In this document: positions 25,263 to 39,419 of the stretch, piece after piece
Layout of the letters: every line of letters starts with the position of its first letter
Position numbering within the stretch: the stretch's first letter is position 1
From: Bispira polyomma
Lineage: Eukaryota
Assembly: GCA_965649765.1 (NCBI GenBank)
Contig: OZ287757.1
Coordinates: forward strand, 55,490,001-55,554,000
DNA: 64,000 nt
Direction of reading: 5' to 3'
The notes under the pieces: generated by a model
Told to the model about the DNA's origin: nothing
The model's database searches: none
The model's input: only the letters and a program-made list of their open reading frames with translations
Program-made: the position numbers and the translations under genes

Positions 25263-28089
25263 GGTGTTTACAATACATTAATCAACATTTAGAAAAAATC
25301 CAAATTATATGTATTTCCTCAAAATTACCAAGTCATAATTTTTAAGAAAGATCTCCAAGCCATTACATTGAGACTTAATGGAACTCTTATTTTAGCACCT
25401 TTACAGTTGGGGACCCCTTGGACCTCCACCTGATTATGAATCTCACATAACCATTTGGCATTAGGTTGAAATTTTATTTCTTGAAATCCTCTCATATGAA
25501 CAGTAGGAGCGATACCGTGTGAAAGAAATCCAAACTTCCTTCTATACTTTTCATTTGTTTTCAGGTCGTAGCTACCATTAACGCGTGTACGCGTGGAAAA
25601 AAAACAAAAAAAAAAACTTAAAATAAATAAATTTAAATTTGTTTTAGTACTAACATAGATTGCTGTTGTTAAATAAAAAAGTTTTATATTGATGTACCTA
25701 AATTGTTCACTAGAATAGTTGCTGCTAATTATGTCAATGTTGTGTACTTTGACAATTCATTGCCATTGCTATTCTTGTTGCAGCTTCGTGAGATTATTAC
25801 ATCAGTGTTCATCCAATAAGAATTAACAACACTATTCATTGTATTATTACACCATTGATACCTACGTACCCCTATCACTCCATTCTCTAGTGGGTTTGTA
25901 TACATGTGTGTATATACTGAGTACATTATGACTTCCCGTGTTGTAAGGTATATGTTCTATATAATTAACATATACCTTATGATTATTACCATAATACCTG
26001 GTGAGTCGGAGTACATTATGGATTGCCACCCCCTCCCCCCCAAAAAAAAAACAACAAAAAAACAAAAAAAAACCAAAACAAAAAAACAATTAAATTCTAA
26101 CTCACCTGATCAGTGTCCGAACTACTAGTGTCGCTGTGACCAGTATTTAATTAAGGCAAGGCTAATGATTACTTTACTTTTCCTTTTAAATGTATATTTT
26201 TATCTATATTTTTATATTCAAGTTTGTGCCCCTGTGTGATGTGCAGGGGCAGTATTCACCAAAGGGCTAAGTCTAGACATTGTGCTCAATCTGGTACAAA
26301 AGAGTAAGACCTAAGATCTAAGACAAAGTATTGCCTTGGCCCTTTTGTGAATACCACCTCAGGGTAACAGAAGTTTGTTTTATTCAATCTAATCTTTTGC
26401 TAACCCGAAAAAAAACAACAGATAGAGGCAACAGAAAATATTCTGGCAGATGTAAAACTGAAAATATAATGCACTCCTATTGTGATAATGAAGTAAATAC
26501 TTCAAAACACAAGTGCCATTTGTATCAATATCAATACTGTGTTATATTGGTGGTTCTGCTTCCTCTTGTGAAACGGGGAGAGTGGGTAGTATTACAACGA
26601 CGTCACAGTGACGTCGTTTCAATGCCTGCCGGGGAGAGATGATTTGAATACAACTTTCTGTGAACGAACAGTGGTTGGGATATGTCTTTGACATGGATGA
26701 TGTTGTAAGTTGTTGGAACGGGATGTTTTAGGGTCACACAGACACTTGGCCAGTACTGTACTGGTGCTATAATAGCTAAAGCCGGCCAGCAGTTAAGGCC
26801 CACCCATTGTTTTAGTGGAGATAAATCTTTAAATATTGCTTTTTGATGTCATCAATACACCTGTCCATTTAGTGTGCCGTTTTATTTTCGATACCACATT
26901 ATTTGTGTTAAAATAACAATGCTTCTCCAAGATATTAACCATTAAATTTAGAGTGGGCCTTAACAAATATGACTTAAATATAATTATTTGAAAATACTGC
27001 CGTATATCTCCTGTTGTATAAACTGCCGTGTCAGATTTGTGAAGTTTTGCTTATGTAACCGCTCTTTACCTCGTCATGTGTACCATCAGTAAAAATCAAA
27101 GCATTGTCCAGGAAATTTCCAATATTTTGTGAGATTTGGACATATTATTCTGTTATCGCTCGAAACAAGCTTTATTTTTCCAGAGTAGTCGAAATGTTGA
27201 ATTAGCTTATCATCGCCGGGTTGAAGCAAAATGTACTTAGTGGACCTAATTTCATTGAATTTTTTATTTTCAACCTCTGTAAATTTGTGGATATTGAACA
27301 CTTTCAAGTGTTTTAATGGCTTAATGTGTTGTTGTTGGCAGTTAACGTGTTTGCTTTTGTTGAATTTTTTTTGTCTAATTACTCGCAGTTTTGAAACAGA
27401 CAAGTGCATTAGAAAGTAGTTAAGCAACATAAAAGCTCACTCAATATGTCTAAAATCCCTTTGTTCAGGTAGTTCTCAGACATTTGTTTGTTTAAGACAA
27501 GTGAACTGCTCATGTCTCTTCAGACATTTTCTGTGTAAACAAATAGGGGCATCGATTATTTTGTGCTACTGCAATTCAACCCCCCATTTCAAAAACAAAG
27601 GGACAGTAATGGTGTGGTAGATGATATTTAGAAAATGACAGATCATTAGTTTTGAGGATGTAATGATATTTCCAGATAGTTAACCCATTGTTTACCTAAT
27701 ACAGCTGTAAAAAGAGTATTTTTTAGATGTTGAGCAAAATGTGCTGTTGTTCAGAACACTACTAATATTATCACAGTGTAGTATATGCAGGTATACCAAC
27801 TTCTTACACCCACATAGACATACGATTCTGATTCCATGGATAAAGCTGTGTAGCTAGACCAATCTGGGAAGGGGACAGATAAAGCAGCCTGCAAATCATT
27901 AGTTGTACCAAGACCCACCCTGAGGGGTCATATGTCCAAAAACATTCCAGCAGCTAGCGAGTGTGGTGCCAAATATGTGCAGTCATCTGAAGTTTTTTCG
28001 TTAAAAGCTATTGCTTTTTTATACCGTTTTTTGTCCTGTAGGTGACAAATTGAGTGATGTCATTGATCGCTTCTTTTTTTCTGTTGCCT

Positions 28090-28690
28090 TATATATATAT
28101 GCTAGTGTGGTTATATCTGCACCTTTAAATTTTACTGTAAATTATGTTTATTATTGCCCACTCCATTTGACGGGAGTGCTGTTTGTATTGAATGCTACGA
28201 ATTTTGACTGTAAATTAACTATTATTGATTACTCTGCTTGGTCGGGAGTGCTGTTGAGTTGTTTCTAAATTTTATATATCCTAGTGTTGTTATATCTGCA
28301 CCTTTGAATTTGTACTGTAAAGTAATTATATTATCGCCCACTCTGTTTGGCGGAAGTGCTTTGCATATTGAATGCTCATTTGAATCGTGATTGTAAATTA
28401 ATTATATTATTGCTCACTCCGCTTGGTCGGGAGTGCTGTTGAGTTGTTTCTTGAATGTTGCTTCTTTGAATTTTTCACTGTAAATAAATTATATAATTGT
28501 TCACTCGGCTTGGTTGGGAGTACTGTTGTGATGTCTTGAATTTTGCTTCTTTTGAATTTTGGCTGTATTATTGCTCAGTCCAACTGGTCGGGAGGTTTGT
28601 TAAAATGCTTCTTGAATTTTGTTTCTTTGAATTTTTGGCTGTATTAGAGCTCCCTCTGCTTAGTCGAGAGTGTTATGTTGTTGAGTTACT
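28090..28690. repeat. Diverged tandem repeats upstream of the LINE
   Basis: GCTTGGTCGGGAGTGCTGTTGAGTTG and TTATATCTGCACCTTT recur with ~180-bp and shorter spacing. Confidence 0.7.
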
Positions 28691-28869
28691 TATTGTACCT
28701 CTGTTCCAACTATGAACCAACTACAGGTTTTCTGTGTGGTGGTTCTTATTTGAATCAGATCTGCATCGGCTGATGAAGAATTGTTGTCACCATATAAACC
28801 CTGGATCAAACCCTCAATAATCTCTTCTTTAGGTATAGCGCAGAGGAAAAAACTCATTTTTCTCAAATA

Positions 28870-31330
28870 GAGCTCATGTTTTTTCGTTCTGGTCTTTTTT
28901 GTGCTGTCCCTGTCTGGTGACATCCAAGTAAATCCTGGCCCCAAATGCCTTACAAAAAGCAAGGGCCCTTCCGCTGTTAAAAGTATACTCATTAATAAAC
29001 GTGATGTAACAGGTATCATTGAGACATGGATTGAAAAAAGTGACAGACTCTTTTCGTGCTAGCATTACCCCTTGCATACAATTTCTTTCAAAAGCCGTGC
29101 AGAGACAGCAGAGTCAGTGTTTTTGTGAAAATATTTTTAATGTGGTTGAAATCAATCTTCATAATTTTCCCTTATTCAATCTTCAAAAAAATGACACATT
29201 GTTCTTTTCCTTTTGCCTCTTGACAGTCTAAAGACTACCATGCCTCTCAAAATCATCCTTTCCCACTGACTGGACTGATCGCATGGAAATTATAAATACC
29301 AGATTTCTTGAGACGTTAATAACAGGTGATTTCAACATAAATATAGACAAAGCATACGACTCGTCCACAGACTTCACAGAACTACTTACAAGATTTTATT
29401 GCACCCAACATATCACTAAAGTAACACACATACATGGTCACATTTATACTTAGTCATAACAAAATCAGACTCCTCTATCTTTGGTGAATCATTCGTGGCA
29501 GAAGGTATTTCTGACCATTTTACTGTCAGCCTCTATATTAAAATTTAGAAAAATAGATGAAATCAACATTGACAAATTCAAATTTGACATTGCATCCTCC
29601 CAACTTCTCAGAAACCCAATGACAAATGCCACTGATCTGTGTGATAAATACAAAACTGTTCTGGGAGATATCATTGAAAATCATGCCCCTCTTTGGGAAA
29701 AAAACGTATTGTCTCATCCACACTACAGCTTGACCACCCCAGAAATCCTCACTGCCAATAAAAAAAAAGGTTCCTGGATAAAATATGGCACCATACTAAA
29801 TCTAGAGTTGATTGGTCACATTCACAGTGGCTGTTAACCATCACAACAGGCTCCTGTCAAAAGTTGAAAAAGATCGCTATGACTATCTAATCTAAAAAAA
29901 TTGCACAGACTCGAGGAAATTTTAGCAATCTGTTGAGAAGATACTTCACAAAGTTTCATATCCGGATTGTAACAAATTTACTGAAGCTGCAAATATGTTT
30001 GGTAAGTTTTTCTTTGGGAAAGATTGATAAAATTTGTATAACTTTCAAACCATCCTTCTCTCTCAACAGCCCAACTCCACGACAAAATCATAACTTCATC
30101 CCCATCCAAAAATGTGACCTAGACCCTATTCTAACTTCCTTACTAAAAGATTTTATAGACATTCTACTAACTCTAATCACTAACATTATAAACTGCTCAC
30201 ATCAAGAGGGCTGCTTCCCAAAAACGTAAGCCTATAACTCCAAAAGACAAAATTAGACAGAAATAACCTTAAAAATTACAGACCACTATCGAATCTAAGC
30301 TTCGTCTTTAAATAGATTGAGAAAGCTGTTGCTCTCTAAATAAATGAACACTTGTACACCAACCACATGTTAAATGCACACCAGTCAGCCTATAGAAAAT
30401 TCCATTCAAATAAAACAGCACTACTGAAAAATGGCAATGACATCAATATGATATTACCCTTCTTAACCTTCTTGATTTGTCTGCTGCGTTTAACACGATT
30501 GACCACAAGATACTTTCTGAATGTCTCAATTCTTGGTTCAGGTTATCAGACTCAGTTCTTCAATTAATCAAATCCTATCTAGACTTCTCTTATCAAATCA
30601 TCAGGGTCGAAAAAAGCTAAGTCAAGGTTCTGTCCTCGGGCCTCTTCTGTTTTCACTGTACACTACTCCCCTTGGAAATATAATATCCTCACACCAAAAT
30701 ATCAGCTATCACATCTATGCAGATAACATACAGATCTACTGCTCACTCACTCCCAAAAATGGCTCCCAAGTCCTGGAAGAGCTTTCTAGCTGCCTGACTT
30801 TGATTGAATCCTTTCTGAGAAATTCAAAATTAAAGCTCAATCCTGACAAAACTGAGTTCCTACTTATTGGCCCCAAACATCAGACAGAAAAGGTCCTCGA
30901 CTTCTTTCCCACTAGTCTCCTTGCTAACAGCACTGTTCCTGCTGACAGCACGAAGAACCTTGGAGTCGCTTTAATTCTGACTTCTCCTTCAAAAACCATG
31001 TCTCAAATATCTGTCGTTTCTGCTACTGCAACATCAGTGACTTTTGTAGGATCTGTTGGCATCTAACTCTAGAACGTGCCATCGCAGTGACATGCCCTGA
31101 TATCAAGTCAAGTAGATTACTGCAACTCACTACTATATAAAATTGAACAGAGCCAAATAGACAAGCTACCTAAAGTTAAAAAAACCTATGCAGAATTGCA
31201 CTAGCTAATTACACTAGCTGCCTTTTGAGTTCCGTATAAAATTTAAGGAAATTGTACTCATTTTTAATACAGTCTATGTACAACAACCTGCCTACATATC
31301 ATCCATGCTGTCTCTCAGCAATCTCACAAG
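28870..31330 (+). mobile_element. Decayed CR1/L2-like LINE ORF2 (endonuclease + RT)
   Basis: [62 protein letters not shown] across many frameshifts. Confidence 0.85.
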
Positions 31331-32187
31331 AAGTATAGTCGTCGGTCTCTTCCTCAGCTCTTTTCTGGTGCCTTTTGAGGGTATCCCACAACAAATGCTT
31401 GCAACCTTTTATTGACGTGGCTGGCATGGGTCCGGCATCTATTATTACATTTGTCTGATGTAGTGAACAAATGTATTATGCAAGAAATCTTGGTTTCCAT
31501 GATAACAATTTGAAGGGAGAAACAGCAATTTTCTGTTTTGGGGATCGTCAGATTTGATTGAAGGGTCCATTACCGCCCCTTTCTGGATTCTTCAGATCCA
31601 TCACAATTTTCCGTCCTTGTTGAATAATTAGCAAGAGCATATCGATCGAGTCACTGCAATGAATCAGCTGTTCTGGATATTGCCAAGACGTGGCTGTACA
31701 TAATGAAACTTTGATGAATTGGTCTCTCAAAAATATCCTGTTTACCTTCAAAAAGTCTCTCAATTTTTATATTGTCTTTGTTAGAAATTTATGCAAATTC
31801 ATAAATTGATTAGGCAAAAACCCCAAATAGAAGCAAGTACCCTTATATGTATAATATTTGATTTTAATGGAAATATTTTATATTATTGGCACAGAATCCA
31901 TAATCCAGGCTCATACTGTACACTAGACGTAGCAGAGCCTTCCAACGAAACAGATTGTTTGTGATGACCTGCTAACAACTCTCTTATTTAGGGATTTAGA
32001 AAAAAATAAAATTAGCCAAATCAAACACAAAAACGTTTGTTTATTCTATATAAAGATGTAATAAAAAACAGACATTTTTGGGTGTTGAGACACAAAAGCT
32101 GGGCGATAGAAGTTTCCATTTATATACGTATTTATATACGTTTTTATATACGTATTCAGATTTGTATTTATCGCCCACTAACGACGG

Positions 32188-32441
32188 GGGGGCCGTGGTG
32201 GCCTGGTGGTTAGCAAGTATTGCGCTTCACAATCACTGGTCTCTCACCTCTGGGCGGCATGAGTTCGAATCCCGTCGATGCCTATGTGGGAAAGGTGGTA
32301 GTTCCTTACTGTGGGCCGCTGGTTTCTCTGCAGAACCTTGACCGACTGTATGCAGTGTTTCCTCCAGCGTTTCCAACTACCCGTCCCAATATAACCTACT
32401 AAAAGGTATTAGAGTGGACGTTAAATATCCAAATTCAAAAA
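32188..32441 (+). mobile_element. tRNA-derived SINE, copy 3
   Basis: Same family; 14-bp TSD CCCACTAACGACGG at 32174 and 32442. Confidence 0.92.
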
Positions 32442-33049
32442 CCCACTAACGACGGACCATAGTGAAATAAAATCTGTTTTGTGGTAGATATCTTATATTA
32501 ATGAGGACGAAAACTTAAACAACATTCTCTGTTCTTTGTAATATTTTCTATTATCGCCCACTGAAGACGGACCCTATAGTGACTGTATCCTCGTCAGTAA
32601 TGGTGGCCTTGCAAATATCCGGATATTGTAGGTGCATGTGCAGTCTTCACAATGGTTGCAGCCCACGGCTGCCAGATTCTCATATTGTTATTAAATATTA
32701 TTATTAAAATTATTTCTATAGCACTTGTTCTAAATAAATAGCTCAGAGTGCTTAACAACATAGAAAACAATATATATATATAGATAACAATATATATATA
32801 TAGATAACAATATATATATATATAGATAACAGTAAAGAAATGTAGTTAAAGTTTAGAAAATAAAAACATAGAACTAAGATTGTATATAAATTAAACTACT
32901 AAGAATAATAAAAACTACTAAGTATAATAAAAAAATAGACAACATGTAAGTAAGAACTAAATTAAAAGACTAAACTAGATTTAAAATTTAATGCTGATTA
33001 AAAAAGTAAGTCTTTAAAAGTTTTTAATAACCAGTTCCACTTTCAGCTC

Positions 33050-33830
33050 TTTCAATATGCACTAAAAGTAAGTCTATTTCAAAAAAGATGAGCATCCACT
33101 ATACCTATTCTATGATATGTACTCAGTCAGCCTATGTTGTTCTTAGGATCTTAGATGGCATGTTGGGTTGTAAGCTATATTAAGATCTGACAAATATGAG
33201 GGTGATATATTGTGTAGATCGTTATAAATAAGAATAAAGATTTTGAATTGAATCCGATCATGAATAGATAGCAAGTGTGGTGATCTCAATATGGGGTGCC
33301 ATGATTGGGTGCCATGATGCACGATATCATCATTAAGTTTTAGCTGGTTATAAATCATCCAATGTTTGATATCATAAACACATTCTGTTATCTTTGTTAA
33401 AGTTCATTTCCTTGAAGGTAAAAATACATACAACTGGGTGTCATCAGCATAAAAATGATAGTTTAAGTTACGCTATCTAACAATGTATCCAAGAAGTGTG
33501 GTGTATAAATTAAATAGGTCACAGAACTGAACGTTGAACCCTGGAAAATTAATGTGGCAGGATCAGATGTAACATTTCTATTTTGTAAAGACTGTGTTTG
33601 ATTACTAAAATATGATTTGAACCAAGCTAGGGCTTCCCCACAAAATAGAAAACGTTTCCCTAAATGATACATCAGAAAGGTATGATCATCTCTGACAAAA
33701 GCTGCTGAGAGATCCAGGAGAATAATGGAATCATCTTTTTGTCATTCAGTGCCATAAGTAGATCATTATGGAAACATAGTAAGGCTGTCTAGCCTCGACA
33801 ATGTATTTGCAGTCTGAATCTGTCCATATG
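33050..33830 (-). mobile_element. CR1/L2-like LINE RT fragment
   Basis: LLDLSAAF, ALAWFKSY, YADDTQLY, NQLKLN, RIQFKI motifs on the - strand. Confidence 0.75.
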
Positions 33831-34001
33831 TATATGAGAGTCAATAGAACTTGCGCGTTAGGACAAAGCCACACTGTCTAGGTTGTGTTTTCTTTCAGTC
33901 CAGGGCCTGTATTCACTAAAGTTCTTACACTTAGAATAATAATTTTTGGTATTCACTAAAGTTCTTATACTTAGAATTTTTGCTTATTCTTAGAAAATTT
34001 T

Positions 34002-34377
34002 AAAACTGCTGAGTTACTAGTAAAGATTCAAGTAACTTAAACAAAATATAAGATGACCTTAAGTCTCTTCTTTACTAGTAGTATGCTATAAGAGGTAGAT
34101 GACCTTAAGTCATTCTACTTTTCTTAATTAAAGTTAACCTTAAAAGCATGGTTATTATAGTTAATGTTAACCTTAAAGTAATTCACATAATGGTGACTTT
34201 AAGTCACCCTTGGTAATTAAAAATGGTAATTCTCTATAGTTTAGTAAGGTGACCTCAAAGTCACTGTGTTATCTATACTCATGGCTAACTTAATTATGTT
34301 AAGGTGGTCTAAACTTCTCAGTCACCTAAAATTATCTCGACAATTCAAAAAAAAAAAGTTGACCCTTATACTCCGTA
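34002..34377. mobile_element. Partial second copy of the 3435-4704 element
   Basis: Matches ~3870-4202, joined to the right TIR (GACCCTTATACTCCGTA). Confidence 0.8.
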
Positions 34378-35914
34378 CAGAACACAAAAAAGTAAGATAA
34401 ACTCTTTATTTTGTCATACAAATACAATAACATTTCTAAAAAATGTACCTAGTGTCCAATATTCCTTTCAATTTGCTTTCCAAGTGTACATGTGCTTCCC
34501 AAACTACGAAATATTAATTATTAAAAAGTGTTATGTGTGTGTGATCAGCCAATCAGAATCGCTAATACAGTAACTAATAAAATCGCTTCTTACTAACAGA
34601 CTGACCCTCAACAACCAAGATGACCTTTTAGGTAAACAAACCCAACTTTTGTAAGCTACCAAAATATATGAAATATGTAATTTCGCCTCACATTTTGTCA
34701 GAAGATGCAAAAGTATTTATTCTCTGTAAAAATATTTTCTTTTTTGTTAAAGAGCGAGATTTCCATTGAGCTTTTGTAAAATTTGCAGCTCCAGAGATCT
34801 GCAAAATAATGTGACCAAAATATTGTATCCAATGCCTGTACACTAGCAAGAACCTTCCAACCAAAATCAAAATACATATTTGTTTGTAACTTATAAGTTA
34901 ACATGTCGACAGATAGACAGTTTATTTGTTTTTGTTTTTTTAAGTTTTAGGTACACTGGTTGACAGGTAAACAGATAATATTTTTTTTATTATTTAAACC
35001 GATTGACAAATAATTTTCTTTGTTGTAACTTATATATTGACAATTGTATTTTAGGTTATAGGTAGACAGGTAGACAGATTTATTTGGTTGTAACTTATAC
35101 ATTGACAGATACTCTTGGTTTACTTTTAGGTGGACAGCTTGACAAAAGGATACATGTCTCTAGGATTTGTGAGCGCTTCAGCGGACACTGCCCTCTTGTT
35201 TTTTATCAACCAGTCATTACAGTAATGTTGTGGGCTATGGGTTTTTGCAATATTGCTTTGCTAATATGGCCAATATTACACATTTTGGTGTGTAAAAGCT
35301 TGTCAATAACACCTTGTTCAGAGTAAAAAACATGCCAACTCTTCTACACTGATATCCCTGCACCTAGAATCCTAGCTTTATGTTCACCCATCCACTCATT
35401 TGGGTGTTCAATGCATGTATTACTTATATAATCACGGTCAGGGATTTTTCTGCCAAGTGAACATCAATGCAAATAAACGGAATTGAATCATGTTTGATTT
35501 CGTCAAATTCTACAATGCTGCCTCTAGTGGTTTTCTCCCCGGTTTTACTTGCACTATTCTAGCAGAAATCACTTTTTTGAACCAAATTATTTTTTCTCTT
35601 TCAATCTGTGACGTTGTCCAAGGCATAGGGGAGATTTCTTTGCTAGAAACAACGTTGTTTATTTACCCATACCAAGTGAAGCAATGTAATTTAGTGTTAA
35701 ACATTGTTCTGCCATGCGTGTATATTGAATCTATTTTTGTAGGTGTTAAAAACTGTGTAGACACTGTCAAGCGGTGCCCCATTTGTTTTTTGTTTTTTGT
35801 TGCAGTGGCTGCTGCATTTTTAAACTTGCAATCTTTAGGTTGATGAACAGTCTCCCTATTCTGAGCATGCCACAAATGAAGACTTATGCTCACTAATCTG
35901 TCACTGACATGAAC

Positions 35915-36064
35915 GTCAACGCATATGTGGGGAAATTGGTAGTTCCTTACTGTGTGCCGCTGGTTTTAGTGCAGAACCTTGAACAACTGTATGCAGTGTT
36001 TCCTTCAGCGTTTCCAACTACCCTAATATAACCTGAACAGTTACTAGAGTGGACGTTAAATATC
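35915..36064 (+). mobile_element. SINE, 5'-truncated copy 4
   Basis: 3' half of the family (GGTAGTTCCTTACTG...GTGGACGTTAAATATC), more diverged. Confidence 0.8.
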
Positions 36065-36260
36065 ACACTGCACACTCAATGTCACCAATCAATCATTACC
36101 ATGGAATGAATGCACACTTCTGGTCAGTAATCCTCACTGTTGTATCAGTCTTTCAAAATTTAGTATGGTTAAGTAAAACCTTTGTAAAAGAACCGCAAAA
36201 GGTAGTCCATGCGAACTAATTTGCCTACTGACGATTATTCTCTTGATGCTTGGCGCGACG

Positions 36261-36471
36261 TCAAGAGCCATTTTGGAAAATTTTAGATGACGTTTGTTTA
36301 CCCTTAGCAGTAGATTCATTAGAACTTTTCTTAACCACAACACGTTGGTAATTTTCCCGATCCAATCCGATAATTTGATCCAGTTTGTCTGAATCTGTCC
36401 AAGCCACTTTGCCCTCTTCTATTCTGAACAACAAAACAGTGTTGCTGGATTTGGCCGCAGAAATGATTAAC
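36261..36471 (-). other. Candidate orphan terminal exon (LIISAAKSSNTVLLFRIEEGKVAWTDSDKLDQIIGLDRENYQRVVVK...)
   Basis: 69 stop-free codons with protein-like composition after an AG; no recognised motif. Confidence 0.25.
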
Positions 36472-37020
36472 CTTTAATAATCGACAACATTTGTCATACA
36501 TATTAAAAAATACATCAACAAATTTTTCTTTTGTAATGTTAACATAATATACAGCAATTATCCCATCCCTCCCAGTTATCCGTACAATGTATTAAATGTA
36601 CTAAGAATATTAAAAATTAAATAATACAAAAAAGAACATTCTACACATGTAATATAAGGATATTTATACAGCGATAATAAACCAAAGGTGATCTTGATAA
36701 TACACTACATTGCTAATAGCTAATTAATTGCTGCGGAAGGGGGGGGGGGGTGTTACCAAAAAAATTATACTGGAATTTACCCCTGTTAATAGATTACACA
36801 ATTAGGTTACAAAAAACTAAAGTTCCAGTTGTAAGCAACAGATTTTAGTTATATATTTGTATCTATACCAAACACCAAAATTGCAGTCCACTACTAATAA
36901 CCAAATTTATCATACATGAACGAATTAATCATGTGATATTTCTATATAATTTACAGTAATTACACCATTCAAGTTCTCTTGATGTATTGGTTTCACAAGA
37001 ATGAATCTGCAATTAAATTA

Positions 37021-37643
37021 GTAGCCGTTCCACTGTCAAGATAGATCGAGAGCAGCCCCGATTTTTGACACCCCGGCTGTAATCCTGTAGCTCCAGGATT
37101 CATCTGGGCAGCCAGGGTAATAATCCTGCTGATCCGTGATGTTTCTAAATATGTTTAGAAAATGCCCGATTTGAAATTTGAACCCCCCCTGGGCCAGGAT
37201 AATCGGGAGTACCCCCAAGTAACCCTAATGCCACCAAGTTGATCTGAGTGTATTTCCGCCCTTCATCACCCTAAAACAACAAAATGGAATCCTCATTGTT
37301 GTAAAGATTAACCTGGATGACTTTCCAGATTGTGGGGATCAACCTGGGTGACTTTTCCAATTGTTAGGATCAGCCTGGGTGACTTTCCTGATTGTTAGGA
37401 TCAACCTGGGTGACTTTCCCGATGGTTAGGATCAACCTGGTTGACTTTCCCGATTGTTAATATCAACCTGAATGATTGGTTCCTTCACAATCACCCTGGC
37501 GTACCCCAGGATTATCTGGAGCATTTTTAAAAATTCAAGGTATTCCCTGTCACAGCAGGTGGTCCAGAGAATTCAACAGGGTGCCACCAAGATCGTCCAA
37601 ATCTGAGCTGCTCCAGATAATCCTTGACTGTGGAACAGCCTAC
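37021..37643. mobile_element. MITE, Harbinger-like TIRs, with internal 30-bp tandem array
   Basis: GTTCCACTGTCAAG ... CTTGACTGTGGAAC; GATCAACCTGGGTGACTTTCCCGATTGTTA about 5 times at 37310-37470. Confidence 0.7.
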
Positions 37644-38808
37644 AAATTATGTATTAACTACAAGTTAATTTAATCAGAGCACCCGTACTACTACTATATA
37701 CAACCCACTATCTTTGAATGACTCTCTCTTTTCCCATGCCCGAGACCTAAACCAAGTTTGGTCAAAATTTGTTTTGTTTTCTATAATCCGGTGGACAAAA
37801 CAGCTCTACAAACAGACAGGGGTGACAGAGACAAAGTGGCTCATTTATTTCCCTTGTTATATTCACATATCAGGTTTACAAACACACACAGAAGTAGTTA
37901 TATTAATACAATATGAGCACAAAAAGATGGAAGAATGAAAAATGTTTTTTTCCCCAATATGATCTTTATTTACCCTTTTTCAACAAAGGTGCAAGACCCT
38001 GGGAGGGCGAGGGTAGCAACCCTCTATCACGGGTTAACAATATCATCACACACAATATGATATATTTGACAAATAAAAAGGGTTCAGACACACTTTTAAA
38101 AATAACAAAAAATTAGAATACTTTTGTACAATACTCTCTCCCATCTGCATCAGAAAAGAAATCAAGAAAACTACACTGTATTTCTTTAATTAAAAGGTAT
38201 GCACATATGGAACAGTTAGTACATTTTAATATATTCAATTTTTTATAATACTGCTGGCAGACAATATTATCTATAATCCACATAATATATAAACATACAT
38301 ATTTTAATCAAAAAGTGGCCTCCAGTTTGTCCAAATTAAATTAAAATGTTTTAAATTAAATTGTACCTCATTTACAAGTTATTGTTCGTTAGAAATAGTA
38401 ATTAGTCTATATTTTTCTGTATTTAGTTTTAAGCTCAATCAGTTTTGGCACTTTTTGAAAATAGGCTGATATAAATATATAATATTATCAAAACTGTGTT
38501 AAATAGAATAAAGTTTGATCAAGATTGAAATAACCTAAAGTCATTGTATACACATTAGTTGGTAAACTTATATTAATATTTTCAGAAATCCAATTTTTCA
38601 CCTGAGTGATAAAATTTTGGGAGTTTTCACAGTAGTAAAACAAATGAATCAGAGACTCTTGAAAAATATTTTAGAAAAGTAGATAATTCACAACATATAC
38701 ACACAAAAAACATTGCACTTACAACATTAAAATATTAAAGCTACTGTAAATTTGAGCTACAAATTACTAAATCAGGAGTCTATTGAAAGTCCCCTATTAT
38801 TGATATAT

Positions 38809-39419
38809 CTATTCAGGTTTTGGGGATGCTCTTTCAATCCATTCATTGATGGTGAGACTGTTACCACTGCTTTTAGCCATTACATTTTCTAACTTATCTG
38901 ACTTATCAAACTTAAAAATAGATTTCTCAAGTAACCATTCTAGTAAATCACTAAACTGATTCATCCTCCACCATTCTACATCCAGAGGCAGATAGCCCTC
39001 ATTGCACAACATGAATGCTGTCCACTTCCATTTTGTAATCTGGAAAAAATCGACATCAACAAGATCAGGAATCCCATTACTTGTGTAAGGCTTTACATAT
39101 ACAGTCTCAATATTAAAATCATGTTTGGTCCTGAAGGCATTGATCTTCTCAGCACATGTTTTACATGGTCCATAATTCTGGAGAACCACAGCCTTTTCTA
39201 TATCATTCTTTTTCTTTAAATATGCCATAACTCTTACTTCCACATGTTGTCTCTCTTTTCTCTCTTTATTGCTGTCTTTTTCATTTTCAAACACTCCTGA
39301 TCTAACTGGTGGTCTGCCATCTCTGTAGAAAATCAAACACTGCGCAATCGTCTCTTTTGGCCATATACAGTCAATAGGTAAAGTGGTCATGAATATTTCT
39401 ACAGCCTCTTTAGACATAC
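38809..39419 (-). CDS. AID/APOBEC-like cytidine deaminase, catalytic (last) exon
   Basis: 202-aa open frame with Zn-deaminase motifs QHVE (HxE) and NYGPCKTCA (PCxxC). Other AID/APOBEC-like segments: ETIAQCLIFY, GVFEN, VYVKPY. Acceptor ttttgtAG at 39421-39420, phase 1. Confidence 0.85.

Noticed and set aside
27086-27430. 114-aa ORF as a gene
   Set aside because: No recognisable motif or exon partner; it cannot be supported without a search.
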